Numbered from the stretch's first letter, positions 47,201-54,903 are shown. The stretch: DNA of 64,000 bases from Candidatus Omnitrophota bacterium (GCA_043814965.1 JBDRJN010000014.1:3084-67083); one strand, 5' to 3'. The notes: generated from the sequence alone by a model not told the origin. Made by a program: numbers and translations.

Positions 47201-49509
47201 GAGGAAAGACAGTAGCAGCCCTAGCACCTAGTCTATATGAGATGTCTGAATTAGGTCATTTATGGTCAGGGGAAGGAACATACCTGGATAGCATGATAGA
47301 AAAACCCAATAACTGGGATATGTTAAAACCTATTCTAGAAAAAGGTTCGACAAATTTTAATTGGTGGAACCATCGTTATAGTATAAGCGGAGCAAAGAAA
47401 GCAGTTGAAATATATAAAGATCATATAGGAGAAGGCCTTGATATCTCCAATGATGTACTGCAGGTTGTAGGTAAAGAATATGAAGATTGGCGCGCTTTAA
47501 GGGTAATGCAGATTAAAAAATTAGCTAGTATTGAAGACGGCAGGAAAGTTAGATTACCCGACGAAGAAGAAACAAGACTGAAAAATATATATATGCTTGC
47601 TTCAGACTTTCATAAGGCATTGGGCAGCTCTATAGGTTATATTGACTTAGGGAAGGATTCAGTGTTTGCAGATACAGGAAAGAATACTGTTTTATTGGAG
47701 TCATATCTTAAAATCTTCAATAATACAAAAGAAGGAGAATTGCTGCGAAGACTTTGTAATATTAAAGAAAGGAATTTTCTTGCGCCCAATGTGCTTAGTT
47801 TTGGTTCACCCAAGTTAAACGAAGCTTTTAAAGCAGGCAAGATAAAAGTAGCAGAGAACGCAAAGGTAATATTTATTGACTCTGATAATGTGCTTGAGGC
47901 TGATATAAAAGCTGGAGGGAGCCTTATAATAGATTCTTGCATAGAAAAGCTTAATGTCAAAGGCAGCGGCCTTGTCTGTTATGTTCGCGAAGAAGGTGTA
48001 GTAGATTTAGAAGAGGGCAAAATTGTAGCTGATGTGGTTAATAAAAATAGTGAACTTGAGCGCATAGTAGAAGACCTAGCTGGAGATCCAAAGGCCAAAG
48101 GTGCCTCGCATCATAGATTTTCACCTGTTATTGAAACGCTAGGAGCTATTAAAGTGGCAAAGATATACGATGATGCCAAGAGATCATTTGAGGCTAGTGT
48201 TAGAGGTAAACAAGCGACAGGCCAGTCTCTCCTTGGCGGTATGGCAGAGGGGATAGGCGTAGATGAATATTCTAGTATAGAGACTAGCAGCCTTAGTGAA
48301 GCTGAAAAAGAGGCGATAACTAGAGAAGCTCTTTCGAATGCAATAGATAATTTTACAAACCTTGAATTATTCAATAAGGTCTTAAATAATTCTACCTCAA
48401 CATATATTACAAGAAACGGCCAGATAACTACTTCTGATGCTGGAGACCTTGGTGCAGCTTTCACGGATTCTGGATTATTGGACCTAGCCATAGAGGCTGG
48501 TATGGAGTTTCCTGTCAATGGTGTTGTAATATCCAAAAATGCCGGGTTAGAGAATGCCCCTATAGAGATAATAAATTCTGTAGCTAGGCATAGTGCTAAA
48601 AAAGATATATTCTTGAGCGCGCTACAGGATATTAAATCAGGCACATTAACTACAGATAATCTGACTCCAGTCGAACTTGAATTCTTATCAGCCGTAAAAG
48701 ACTTTACGGAACTTTCTATCTTTACAGGTTTATTTAGTGAAAATGGGCCTGATTTTATAAAGCTTGATCCAAATGGCTCGGTAAATACATCCGACCTTAT
48801 AGAGCTGAATCTAGAGTTTAGCGATTTAGGTATAATGGAATACGCCAATGATATTGGTCTAGAATTGGATGGAGTAGTGATTTCTGGAGATACTACTACT
48901 GCAGCAGCTGACATGAAGCAGGAATTCGGCCTTAGTTATCAAGATATTGTCTCAACTGACCTAGATGAAGTTGGTGGAGGAGAGGCATTAGGTATTGGCG
49001 GAGAAGAATATAATACTATAGAGACCAGTGGCTTTACTGAAGAAGATCCTATGATTAGTGCTGCTAAGGAAGAACTCAAAAAAGTGACAGAAGCAGTTTT
49101 AAGGCCAGCGCCAAGTTTAGAAACTAGGATGTCCGAACTTTATGATATTTCCTCTAAGGATAAGGTTGACAGTATGAGCCAGATCGATGCTGTATTTGCA
49201 GACAAAGTTATTGGTAATGAGGTAGAGTTCGAGGCATGGCTGCGTGATAAGCGTAACGGAGGCCATGCAGTAGTTATCATAGCAACCGAAGACGAATACG
49301 CTGATGTTGAAAAATATAAAGATATTGCTTACATAAAAGTCTTGGGTAGAGATATAAAAGGCCCAGGTTTTATTAAGAAATTTGAAGAACTAAGAGTATT
49401 GTGCGAATTTAAACAATTTGCGAGTTTTAACTTTGGTGATGTATTAGATGTCTCATCAAATGTTGATGAATACAAGGAAGCATTCGAAGCAGTAGCTGAC
49501 GACATGTAG
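41287..49509 (+). CDS. giant secreted multidomain protein (2740 aa): signal peptide; TraB/GumN-like region; phosphoglycerate-kinase-like domain; sugar-nucleotidyltransferase-like + LbH-like region; acidic repeat-bearing C-terminus
   Basis: Uninterrupted 8223-nt ORF with its own promoter, RBS and terminator. Signal peptide MTVCSLRKTCSVFLIVIFTITNIAYG/AP. Region nt approx 41570-42970 is TraB/GumN-like (LVVHIQDLH..DLICSEG; SGGFHTRGITKLLREKGYSYV). Region nt approx 44160-45230 is PGK-like (VRGNLNAPLD..DPTRPD; GHLMRRE; ILENIRL..KENE; VLFGGFKIEKLDLLLRLVDAL; VLFNGTMGFME; GVGGDGT; STGGGVSLSL). Region nt approx 46770-48040 is NTP-transferase-like (IIQTAGSGSRNYPLTATAKGNKGLVQV; VTVLGCDQLW) with hexapeptide-like repeats (VIFIDSDNVLEADIKAGGSLIIDSCIEKLNVKGSGLV). 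Confidence 0.8.
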   Translation: MTVCSLRKTCSVFLIVIFTITNIAYGAPSERSFFKNKKVDYKKLSTQSQEQLEKKKAVLSGEDVKKTSKKPSKAKQIDFSAHLSDISEINIPGELGRVVEVYKAPDSEKDKNRLVVHIQDLHANPEATLNLASILEILVKDYNLDLICSEGAEGEVDTSSVSSFPDAEIRKKTAKLFVNSGELTGEEYLSITKYPDLPIWGIEDKDIYFNNIVQFNKIMQFSNSSYVFISQCTNALDALKPYIYSKEILELDQKESEYDNGNLETSLYLDYVLPYVEQFNISKDKYKNISLLTETMAKEKTIDQQKVMKESQDLLMDLQNMLSRKGGESDLEALIAKAELFKNKKISPFSFYNYLKGLAQKHLKEKSESYTYLNEFIDYLTKVNDLDASKLFTEIGELSYEIKDNLAKKDEEKLLTKVIRNAKFLTGFFSLKISNEELDYYLEDKPSFEVSFFKEFLEPNLKKYNITSYVDYNPEFIDNKFSEIEEFYGTVKSRDFSMFNNSMSQIESRRAKVAALISGGFHTRGITKLLREKGYSYVVISPYSSQETDEENYHFLLSGQRKPIEELIRQLDVEETVDRLSSNDNLRSLMRFGNNTVEAWNNSVVPQKIAEILGLKVEDVQLEPLLNDAAIVLGLSSGAEAWHSSPVGMEVRSPRKGEIILKFDDNSYVKMTSLGEVKRVDKKEFRGKTTLSITPNVDGTINVAETDRGKGSPLELLKFMVDGTYYEGESISKADLVAGRSFSVSTIDLEIKSLTELGLLKKNSDGTYELTSYIGLEQYNNIKAVTGPIVQVNGKNEGLNRYRIDDLSEDKKNEFKNAIDFAVTYQKTPSNFLKKLILAGGKLDIKGTGESGEALALYYADLAETFAGPTGIESVALSKNITFAEAGLIADIVDHASALNITGTRNSISQAFETAKNLSVSREEPRYSIKETSLSSDFEIARNLPDMYRDLSPEKIKDKIIIVRGNLNAPLDKSGEVSDPTRPDNIDKAVTYIIENGGTPVVYGHLMRRENNISMEPVASYLSDKYGQDDVVFHKGSITKDGLTISRNNIIRGKINILENIRLVDKENEAKLGRQIASLSEDKILVADALGDEGSSDVVHVYNAASEVYQGPEERREFSELEDTLKNGVDVVLFGGFKIEKLDLLLRLVDALRDGGVVLLGSGPSDHIRNDPEIKEQLKGLIDAGKIILAEGDKYYFNKVMGRDMPGDISSQDLERYSNILDNLKPGQRVLFNGTMGFMEKKDSNENIEISYREGTKKILEKVSEISEKGVKGLGVGGDGTKWARHYRLNKKENIMLSTGGGVSLSLITHEPLKGTKALSNRAQTQKIAKRDFSSEYGYVAEDLVGPLASMAKTTSQDNTPYAKYASDRDNVSPSTIKTQPAIGRPEAVAYEADSPYNIITQLQEAKKTDYARNLQDVMSVALRDYPELRDISFKIKIISNSQENLAEYMPGQEMITIDESILANFELMRQELISEEFRHMLYNNLVRSVRNKDVTPRQRLVEEAATDMQKFRDLLRIQTAEGRAALIGPLIYSTDKFNFYRLLLRTIPQGKERNDVLDILLRDHFISEDFRNNYSERKGISGDEERQVEALNTHYKNNSVFSPELQRLMIKPITLEEVKAYETDFNNIRLEYRAQKMAEKPASAEDTWTEVTKKFTDKAEQYERAMILTELDKIASGDYVAEDLIGPLAINQLPIDVSDDRDTVGILLSAEGLLGKGFISERRIDNNNDLDRTNPSKPAYYIDRMENALEEHSTYDEIILAVIDDRMKTQVWKEIKTAFQGTEYEFLLRKIRVVSKIKPDTGNHDAVIELLDSAVGVGKKEDNDKGRFLIIQTAGSGSRNYPLTATAKGNKGLVQVPGDIDGKAVFNNIIQTICQSHQLLDDTPSGTVTVLGCDQLWAVANSVKGSGAGLDILGNSVSMDNVIKELVDLGIINGVENSKIISDLTEEEIALRIDYLFDPKIRTEEVGLKWRGKTVAALAPSLYEMSELGHLWSGEGTYLDSMIEKPNNWDMLKPILEKGSTNFNWWNHRYSISGAKKAVEIYKDHIGEGLDISNDVLQVVGKEYEDWRALRVMQIKKLASIEDGRKVRLPDEEETRLKNIYMLASDFHKALGSSIGYIDLGKDSVFADTGKNTVLLESYLKIFNNTKEGELLRRLCNIKERNFLAPNVLSFGSPKLNEAFKAGKIKVAENAKVIFIDSDNVLEADIKAGGSLIIDSCIEKLNVKGSGLVCYVREEGVVDLEEGKIVADVVNKNSELERIVEDLAGDPKAKGASHHRFSPVIETLGAIKVAKIYDDAKRSFEASVRGKQATGQSLLGGMAEGIGVDEYSSIETSSLSEAEKEAITREALSNAIDNFTNLELFNKVLNNSTSTYITRNGQITTSDAGDLGAAFTDSGLLDLAIEAGMEFPVNGVVISKNAGLENAPIEIINSVARHSAKKDIFLSALQDIKSGTLTTDNLTPVELEFLSAVKDFTELSIFTGLFSENGPDFIKLDPNGSVNTSDLIELNLEFSDLGIMEYANDIGLELDGVVISGDTTTAAADMKQEFGLSYQDIVSTDLDEVGGGEALGIGGEEYNTIETSGFTEEDPMISAAKEELKKVTEAVLRPAPSLETRMSELYDISSKDKVDSMSQIDAVFADKVIGNEVEFEAWLRDKRNGGHAVVIIATEDEYADVEKYKDIAYIKVLGRDIKGPGFIKKFEELRVLCEFKQFASFNFGDVLDVSSNVDEYKEAFEAVADDM

Positions 49510-49554
49510 AGACGTTTTCCAAGCCGTAAGGGAAACTGTCTCTAGCCCAATCGG

Positions 49555-49574
49555 CCTGCCTGCCGGTAGGCAGG
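49555..49574. repeat. 20-bp palindrome CCTGCCTGCCGGTAGGCAGG (copy of the proS-internal palindrome)
   Basis: Identical to 40147-40166 except for the central C/T. It lies 46 nt after the giant gene's stop codon. Confidence 0.8.
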
Positions 49575-49588
49575 GAAAGTGTACCCTA

Positions 49589-49631
49589 TAGGCCTTTTGT
49601 GTACTAAACCTACACAAAAGGCCTATTTTTT
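49589..49631 (+). terminator. Rho-independent terminator of the giant gene
   Basis: Perfect 15-bp stem TAGGCCTTTTGTGTA / TACACAAAAGGCCTA with a 7-nt loop and a T6 tract at 49626-31. Confidence 0.75.
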
Positions 49632-49807
49632 GTAATACTTAAATGCTTAAGTAACAAATCATATTATAGCCGTACCCGGCAAGCCTACGAAAAGACGCTC
49701 GATTGCCCCAGCGAGGCAATCTTTGCTCAGTGCTGCTTCTCGCTCCTCCCACCACTTTTATTAGCGTTGCCTATTATTGAAAGTATTGCAGTAAGTTTAT
49801 TTTTTTC

Positions 49808-49837
49808 TTGACATATTATAGTCTCCTATAGTATATT
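49808..49837 (+). promoter_or_regulatory. putative promoter of rimP-nusA-infB (TTGACA-18-TATATT)
   Basis: TTGACA at 49808-13 and TATATT at 49832-37. A GGGAGG RBS precedes the TTG start at 49872. Confidence 0.35.
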
Positions 49838-49871
49838 ATACATACTCTATTGAAAGGGAGGTGTTTGGATT

Positions 49872-50357
49872 TTGAAGTGGGTTAAGTTTTACCCACTTTT
49901 TTGTTTTATGCTAGACAGGCTCAACGATATCATCCAACCTATCATAAAAGAAGAAAATGCAGAATTAGTAGACCTTATCTATAGAAATGAATCCGGTAGG
50001 CGCATCCTTCGCCTTTTAGTAGATAAAGAAGGCGGGATCACCATGGAAGATTGCGTAAAGATAAATGAACGGATAAGCCAGGCCTTGGATGAAGCTGATA
50101 TTATAAATGAAAAGTTTTTTCTTGAGGTGAACTCTCCCGGGCTTGATAGGCCGTTTAAGAACAAAAGAGATTATGAAAAAGCAGTAGGGAGGTTAGTAAG
50201 AGTTACTCTAAACGCAAAGATCCCTGACAAGATGGAATATATAGCTATCTTAAAGGAAGTCTTGGAGGATAGTATAAAAATAGATGTAAAGAAAAAAGGT
50301 ATAATAGAGATACCTTTTGGGAATATTGTAAGGGCAAGACAGGAAATAGAACTATAA
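49872..50357 (+). CDS. rimP: ribosome maturation factor RimP
   Basis: ELVDLIY..ILRLLVDKEGGI..LEVNSPGLDRP matches RimP. Start is TTG 49872 with an RBS, or ATG 49908. Confidence 0.8.
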   Translation: MKWVKFYPLFCFMLDRLNDIIQPIIKEENAELVDLIYRNESGRRILRLLVDKEGGITMEDCVKINERISQALDEADIINEKFFLEVNSPGLDRPFKNKRDYEKAVGRLVRVTLNAKIPDKMEYIAILKEVLEDSIKIDVKKKGIIEIPFGNIVRARQEIEL

Positions 50358-50358
50358 A

Positions 50359-50399
50359 GGCACAATGTAGGTGGTCCTTAGGGGCCGCCTACATTGTGC
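50359..50399 (+). other. GC-rich stem-loop (12-15 bp stem) between rimP and nusA
   Basis: GCACAATGTAGGTGG, a loop, then GCCTACATTGTGC. No T-tract follows. It immediately precedes the conserved leader motif. Confidence 0.6.
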
Positions 50400-50437
50400 T
50401 GCGACAATACTGTAAGGCACACTTCAGTGCGCCAAAG
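50398..50437 (+). promoter_or_regulatory. conserved 40-nt leader motif copy 1 (upstream of nusA): CTGCGACAATACTGTAAGGCACACTTCAGTGCGCCAAAG
   Basis: 36/40 identical to 53768-53807 upstream of trpS. It contains the hairpin GGCACACT..AGTGYGCC. It ends 23 nt before the nusA ATG. Confidence 0.55.
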
Positions 50438-50459
50438 ACATTAAGATTAGGAGCTAGAC

Positions 50460-51677
50460 ATGAGTCAAGAATTATTAGCAATATTAGACAGCATCGAAAG
50501 AGACAAAGGTATTAAAAAAGAGATATTGATAAGCGCTATAGAGGCTGCTCTTATCAGTGCTGCGCGAAAGAAGGTAGGAAAACATGTTACTGATATAAAG
50601 GTTGAATTTCAGGCTGAGACAGGTGAATTCAAGGTATTCGGGCCTGAAGGAGAAGAACTCGCCGGAGACTTTGGGAGGATCTCTGCTCAGACAGCAAAAC
50701 AGGTCATCATACAAAAGATACGTGAAGCTGAAAGAGACGTGGTGTTTGAAGAATACAAGGGCAAGGTAAATGACATAGCGACAGGCAGTGTGCATAGATT
50801 TGAAAAAGGCGTTCTTGTGGTGGACCTTGGAAGAGCAGAAGGGGTTTTACCAAGGAGAGAGATACCACAAAAAGAAGAATACAGGCAGGGTGATAGGATA
50901 AAGGCCCTTATTTTGGAAGTAAAGAAGACGCCTAAAGGGCCTGAGATATTGCTATCAAGGACCAACCCGGGCCTTGTCAAAAGGCTTTTTGAGCTGGAGG
51001 TCCCAGAGATATATGAAGGCATAGTTGATATAAAAGGTGTTTCTAGAGAGGCTGGGGACCGCTCCAAGATAGCTGTATATTCCAAGGATGACAAGGTCGA
51101 CCCAGTCGGCGCATGCGTTGGTATGAGAGGTCAGCGTGTAAAGAACATTGTCAGGGAACTCGGAGATGAAAAGATCGATATCGTGCGCTGGAGTGTTGAT
51201 ATCGGAGAATTTATATGCGCAAGCCTTAGTCCGGCAGAGATATCTAGCATAAAAACAAACGAGACTTATAGAAAAGCAGAGGTTATAGTGGCAGATGACC
51301 AGCTTTCGCTTGCGATAGGTAAACGCGGCCAGAATGTAAGGCTTGCTGCAAAGCTGACAGGATGGAATATAGACATAAGGAGCAAATCCGAAATAGATAA
51401 ATTAAATTCTATCCCAGTAAAAGAGATAGCCGGTATAGGCCCTAAGACAGAAAAGGCGCTTATAAAATCAGGCTTTAAGACAATAGGAGATATTACAAAA
51501 CTTGATATAAAAGATATCACTGATGTAAAGGGTATTGGCAAAAAGACAGCTGAAAAGATCCTGGAATCAGCCAAGGAATTGATGAAGAGTAAGGTCCATG
51601 AGGCAAGAGAAGAGAAAAATAAAGAGAAAAAACTATCTAATGAGAAGGCAGAAGAAAAGGAGAAGTTAGAAGAATGA
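50460..51677 (+). CDS. nusA: transcription termination/antitermination factor NusA
   Basis: N-terminal domain, S1 and tandem KH domains (GMRGQRVKNIVRELGDEKIDIV; IGKRGQNVRLAAKLTGWNIDI) are present. There is a short C-terminal HhH region. Confidence 0.9.
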   Translation: MSQELLAILDSIERDKGIKKEILISAIEAALISAARKKVGKHVTDIKVEFQAETGEFKVFGPEGEELAGDFGRISAQTAKQVIIQKIREAERDVVFEEYKGKVNDIATGSVHRFEKGVLVVDLGRAEGVLPRREIPQKEEYRQGDRIKALILEVKKTPKGPEILLSRTNPGLVKRLFELEVPEIYEGIVDIKGVSREAGDRSKIAVYSKDDKVDPVGACVGMRGQRVKNIVRELGDEKIDIVRWSVDIGEFICASLSPAEISSIKTNETYRKAEVIVADDQLSLAIGKRGQNVRLAAKLTGWNIDIRSKSEIDKLNSIPVKEIAGIGPKTEKALIKSGFKTIGDITKLDIKDITDVKGIGKKTAEKILESAKELMKSKVHEAREEKNKEKKLSNEKAEEKEKLEE

Positions 51678-53719
51678 GCATAAGAGTCCACCAACTTGCT
51701 AAAGAACTGGGATTGTCCAGTAAAGACTTGATAGAGAGGCTTCATAAGCTAAAAGTAGAGGTTAAAGGCCATATGAGCGCTTTAGATGAAGATACTATCT
51801 TGTTGGTAAGGAAAGAGGCTTCTCCTAAAAAAGAAAAAAAGACTGTAGAGGCCAAGCCTAAGGTAATAAAAGAAGCAAAGAAAAAAGAAAAATCTCTTCC
51901 AGAGCCAAAGCAGGCTGAGATCGTAGAAGAAAAGGCTCCTCCGATCCAGAAAGAAAAACCTGCCCTAAAGATACTCAAGGTAGACCTTCCTATAAATTTA
52001 AAGGACCTTTCTGTAAAATTACAGGTCAAACCCAATGAATTGATAAAAAAGCTTCTTACGAAGAAGATACTTATCACTATAAACCAGAACCTGAATGAAG
52101 AGGTTGCTCAGTTGATAGCTAATGATTTTGGATACATGATAGAGAGGCTCCCTACCAAGGAAGAAGAGTTGATCACAGAACATGAAATAGATGACCCTAA
52201 GAGAATGAAGTTAAGGGCACCGATAGTTACTTTCATGGGGCATGTAGATCATGGTAAGACATCGCTTTTGGATATGATACGGAAGACAAAAGTAGTAGAT
52301 AAAGAAGCAGGTGGCATAACTCAGCATATAGGAGCGTATGAGGTAGTACTTCCAAAGGGAAGAGTTACTTTTTTAGACACCCCAGGCCATGCTGCTTTTA
52401 CTGCTATGAGGGCAAGAGGGGCAAATGTAACAGATGTCGTAGTATTGGTAGTAGCTGCCGACGATGGGATCATGCCTCAGACCATTGAAGCTATAGACCA
52501 TGCTAGGGCTGCAGATGTACCTATTGTCGTAGCTATAAATAAGATAGATAAGAATAATATTGATGTGGATAAGGTCAAAAAACAACTCGCAGAACATGAT
52601 CTTTTGCCAGAAGATTGGGGAGGCAAGACCATAACTGTCGGGGTATCTGCAAAGACAGGGCAAGGCATAGATGATCTACTTGAGATGCTTCTTTTGGAAG
52701 CAGAACTTTTGGAATTAAAGGCCAATCCTGATGCTCCTGCAAATGGTGTTATAGTAGAAGCTGAACTTTCAAAAGGCAAAGGCCCTGTTGCAACAGTCCT
52801 GATCTCCAGAGGCACTCTAAGGATAGGGGATATGGTCATAGTAGGGACTTCTTACGGTAAGATAAAGGCTATGCTTGATGATAAGGGCCATCGTGTGACT
52901 GAGGCTTATCCTGCAAAGCCAGTAGAGATATTAGGTTTGTCCGGGGTCCCTTTAGCTGGTGAAAAGTTTTATGTAGTGGATGATGAACAAAATGCCAAGA
53001 ATATAATAAATAAAAGGCGTCTTGACGAAGAAAAGAAAAAAATAGAACAAAAACCTCAGAAAATAACACTTGAGGAACTTTATAATAAAATACAAGAAGG
53101 CGAGATCAAGGAGTTAAAAGTAATATTAAAGGCTGATGTAAGAGGTTCTCTCGAGGCAATAAAGGATTCTTTAGAGAAGCTTAGCGCTGCTGAGATAAAG
53201 ATATCAATAATACACGCGCAGGTAGGAAATATAAATGAATCAGATGTCATGCTCAGCGCAGCATCAAATGCAGTAGTATTAGGGTTTCATGTTGATGTGA
53301 CGCCCAACGCTAAGGCGCTCTCGAAACAAGAAGGGGTAGATATAAGGCTTTATAATATAATCTATGAGGCTATAAATGATATAAAAGCTGCTATGGAAGG
53401 CCTTTTGGAACCTATAATAGAAGAGACTTTCTTGGGCCGCGCAGATGTTAGAGAAGTATTCAGGGTCTCCAAGGTAGGGACAGTAGCTGGTTGTTTTATC
53501 ACAAAGGGCAAGGTCCCCAGAGACGCTACTTGTAAGATCCTGAGAGACAAAGAGCCTGTATTTAAAGGTAAGATAACATCGCTCAAGCATTTCAAGGATG
53601 ATCTTAAAGAAGCCAAAGAAGGCAGCGAGTGCGGTATAAGTTTTAGTTTTAAGGATATTAAAAAAGGCGATGTGATCGAGGCAATAGAGATCAAAAAAGT
53701 AGCCCGACGTTTAAAATAG
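51674..53719 (+). CDS. infB: translation initiation factor IF-2
   Basis: G-domain motifs [17 protein letters not shown] and NKIDK, plus the C-terminal beta-barrels, match IF-2. Length is 681 aa. Confidence 0.9.
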   Translation: MSIRVHQLAKELGLSSKDLIERLHKLKVEVKGHMSALDEDTILLVRKEASPKKEKKTVEAKPKVIKEAKKKEKSLPEPKQAEIVEEKAPPIQKEKPALKILKVDLPINLKDLSVKLQVKPNELIKKLLTKKILITINQNLNEEVAQLIANDFGYMIERLPTKEEELITEHEIDDPKRMKLRAPIVTFMGHVDHGKTSLLDMIRKTKVVDKEAGGITQHIGAYEVVLPKGRVTFLDTPGHAAFTAMRARGANVTDVVVLVVAADDGIMPQTIEAIDHARAADVPIVVAINKIDKNNIDVDKVKKQLAEHDLLPEDWGGKTITVGVSAKTGQGIDDLLEMLLLEAELLELKANPDAPANGVIVEAELSKGKGPVATVLISRGTLRIGDMVIVGTSYGKIKAMLDDKGHRVTEAYPAKPVEILGLSGVPLAGEKFYVVDDEQNAKNIINKRRLDEEKKKIEQKPQKITLEELYNKIQEGEIKELKVILKADVRGSLEAIKDSLEKLSAAEIKISIIHAQVGNINESDVMLSAASNAVVLGFHVDVTPNAKALSKQEGVDIRLYNIIYEAINDIKAAMEGLLEPIIEETFLGRADVREVFRVSKVGTVAGCFITKGKVPRDATCKILRDKEPVFKGKITSLKHFKDDLKEAKEGSECGISFSFKDIKKGDVIEAIEIKKVARRLK

Positions 53720-53767
53720 GCAAAGGCTGGAATTGGCGCATTTTAATGTGCCTGTTTATGGAAGCCT

Positions 53768-53807
53768 TTGCGACAACACTGTAAGGCACACTTTAGTGTG
53801 CCAAAAG
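53768..53807 (+). promoter_or_regulatory. conserved 40-nt leader motif copy 2 (upstream of trpS): TTGCGACAACACTGTAAGGCACACTTTAGTGTGCCAAAAG
   Basis: See copy 1. It is preceded by the nested hairpins GCAAAGGC..GCCTTTGC and GGCGCAT..ATGTGCC. It ends 11 nt before the trpS ATG. Confidence 0.55.
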
Positions 53808-53817
53808 TCAATATCAT

Positions 53818-54798
53818 ATGAAAAAACGTATCTTAAGCGGCATGAGGCCTACAGGGCCACTTCATCTGGGACATCTATTTGGAGCGCTTTCGAATTGGGT
53901 AAAGCTCCAGGATGATTATGATTGCTTTTTTATGGTTGCGGACTGGCATGCGCTTATGAGTGAATATGAAGGCCCAAAGGACATGCCTCGATATACATTA
54001 GAATGTGTTGCTGATTGGATAGCATCTGGAATAGATCCTGAAAAAAGTGCTATATTTGTGCAATCTCATATAAAAGAGCACCTGGATCTATTTATGATAT
54101 TTTCAACATTTGTGCCGCTTGGGTGGCTTGAGAGGTGTCCTACGTATAAGGAGCAGCTTAGGGAGGTCACTACTAGGGAGCTTCATACCTATGGGTTTTT
54201 AGGATATCCTGTTCTCCAGGCTTCTGATATATTGCTGTATCATGCAGATATTGTCCCTGTAGGAAGAGACCAACTCCCGCACCTGGAACTTACTAATGAT
54301 ATAGGGGCAAAGTTCAACAATCTATACGGGAATACATTTAATGAGATAAAGCCGCTTCTTACTAATACTCCAAAACTATTAGGTACAGATGGACGGAAGA
54401 TGAGCAAATCCTATAGCAATTTTATTGCGCTCGGTGATACTGAAATAGATATTAAGAAAAAATGCTCCTCTATGTTTACAGACCCCAAGAGGATAAAGCT
54501 GACAGACAAAGGCCATCCGGATGAATGTAATCTTTATTCATATTTTGAGCTTTTTAAAAAAGATCGTTTAGAGGATGTATATGAATATTGCATAAATGCA
54601 AAAAAAGGCTGTACAGAGTGTAAAAGCGGACTAGCAAAGGTTATCTCGGATTACCTGTCTGATATAAGAAACAAGAGAGAAAAGCTCCTGAAAGATAAAG
54701 ATACGCTGATAGATATATTGAGAGAAGGAACCAAGAAGGCAAGTAAGGTAGCATCAGAGACGATAAAAGAAGTTAAGCAGAAAGTCGGTTTAACTTAG
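53818..54798 (+). CDS. trpS: tryptophanyl-tRNA synthetase
   Basis: The HIGH-type motif (PTGPLHLGHLFG) and the KMSKS motif match class I TrpRS. Confidence 0.9.
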   Translation: MKKRILSGMRPTGPLHLGHLFGALSNWVKLQDDYDCFFMVADWHALMSEYEGPKDMPRYTLECVADWIASGIDPEKSAIFVQSHIKEHLDLFMIFSTFVPLGWLERCPTYKEQLREVTTRELHTYGFLGYPVLQASDILLYHADIVPVGRDQLPHLELTNDIGAKFNNLYGNTFNEIKPLLTNTPKLLGTDGRKMSKSYSNFIALGDTEIDIKKKCSSMFTDPKRIKLTDKGHPDECNLYSYFELFKKDRLEDVYEYCINAKKGCTECKSGLAKVISDYLSDIRNKREKLLKDKDTLIDILREGTKKASKVASETIKEVKQKVGLT

Positions 54799-54900
54799 TT
54801 TATAGTTTATGGTTTATTGTTTATGGAAATAGATTTTGATCCTAAAACTCTAAACCCTTAATACGATCTATAAACTATATACTATCAACCATAAACTAAA
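54796..54900. repeat. inverted arrays of tandem GTTTATR heptamers (hairpin-forming intergenic element)
   Basis: The 5' arm TAGTTTATAGTTTATGGTTTATTGTTTATGG overlaps the trpS stop codon. The 3' arm CTATAAACTATATACTATCAACCATAAACTAAA is complementary. The spacer is 41 nt. Confidence 0.7.
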
Positions 54901-54903
54901 AAA

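Noticed and set aside
41287-49509. Giant ORF as an RTX/adhesin-type repeat protein or NRPS/PKS
   Set aside because: There are no long tandem Ig/cadherin-like repeats and no GGxGxD nonapeptides. There are no condensation (HHxxxDG), adenylation or ketosynthase core motifs. The recognisable segments are enzyme-like folds (PGK-like, NTP-transferase-like) instead.
53733-53915. ORF 53733..53915 (+) overlapping the trpS leader and start, and ORF 37643..37945 (+) inside rseP
   Set aside because: These are alternative-frame ORFs overlapping strongly supported genes (the trpS HIGH motif region, and rseP). They have no independent signal.
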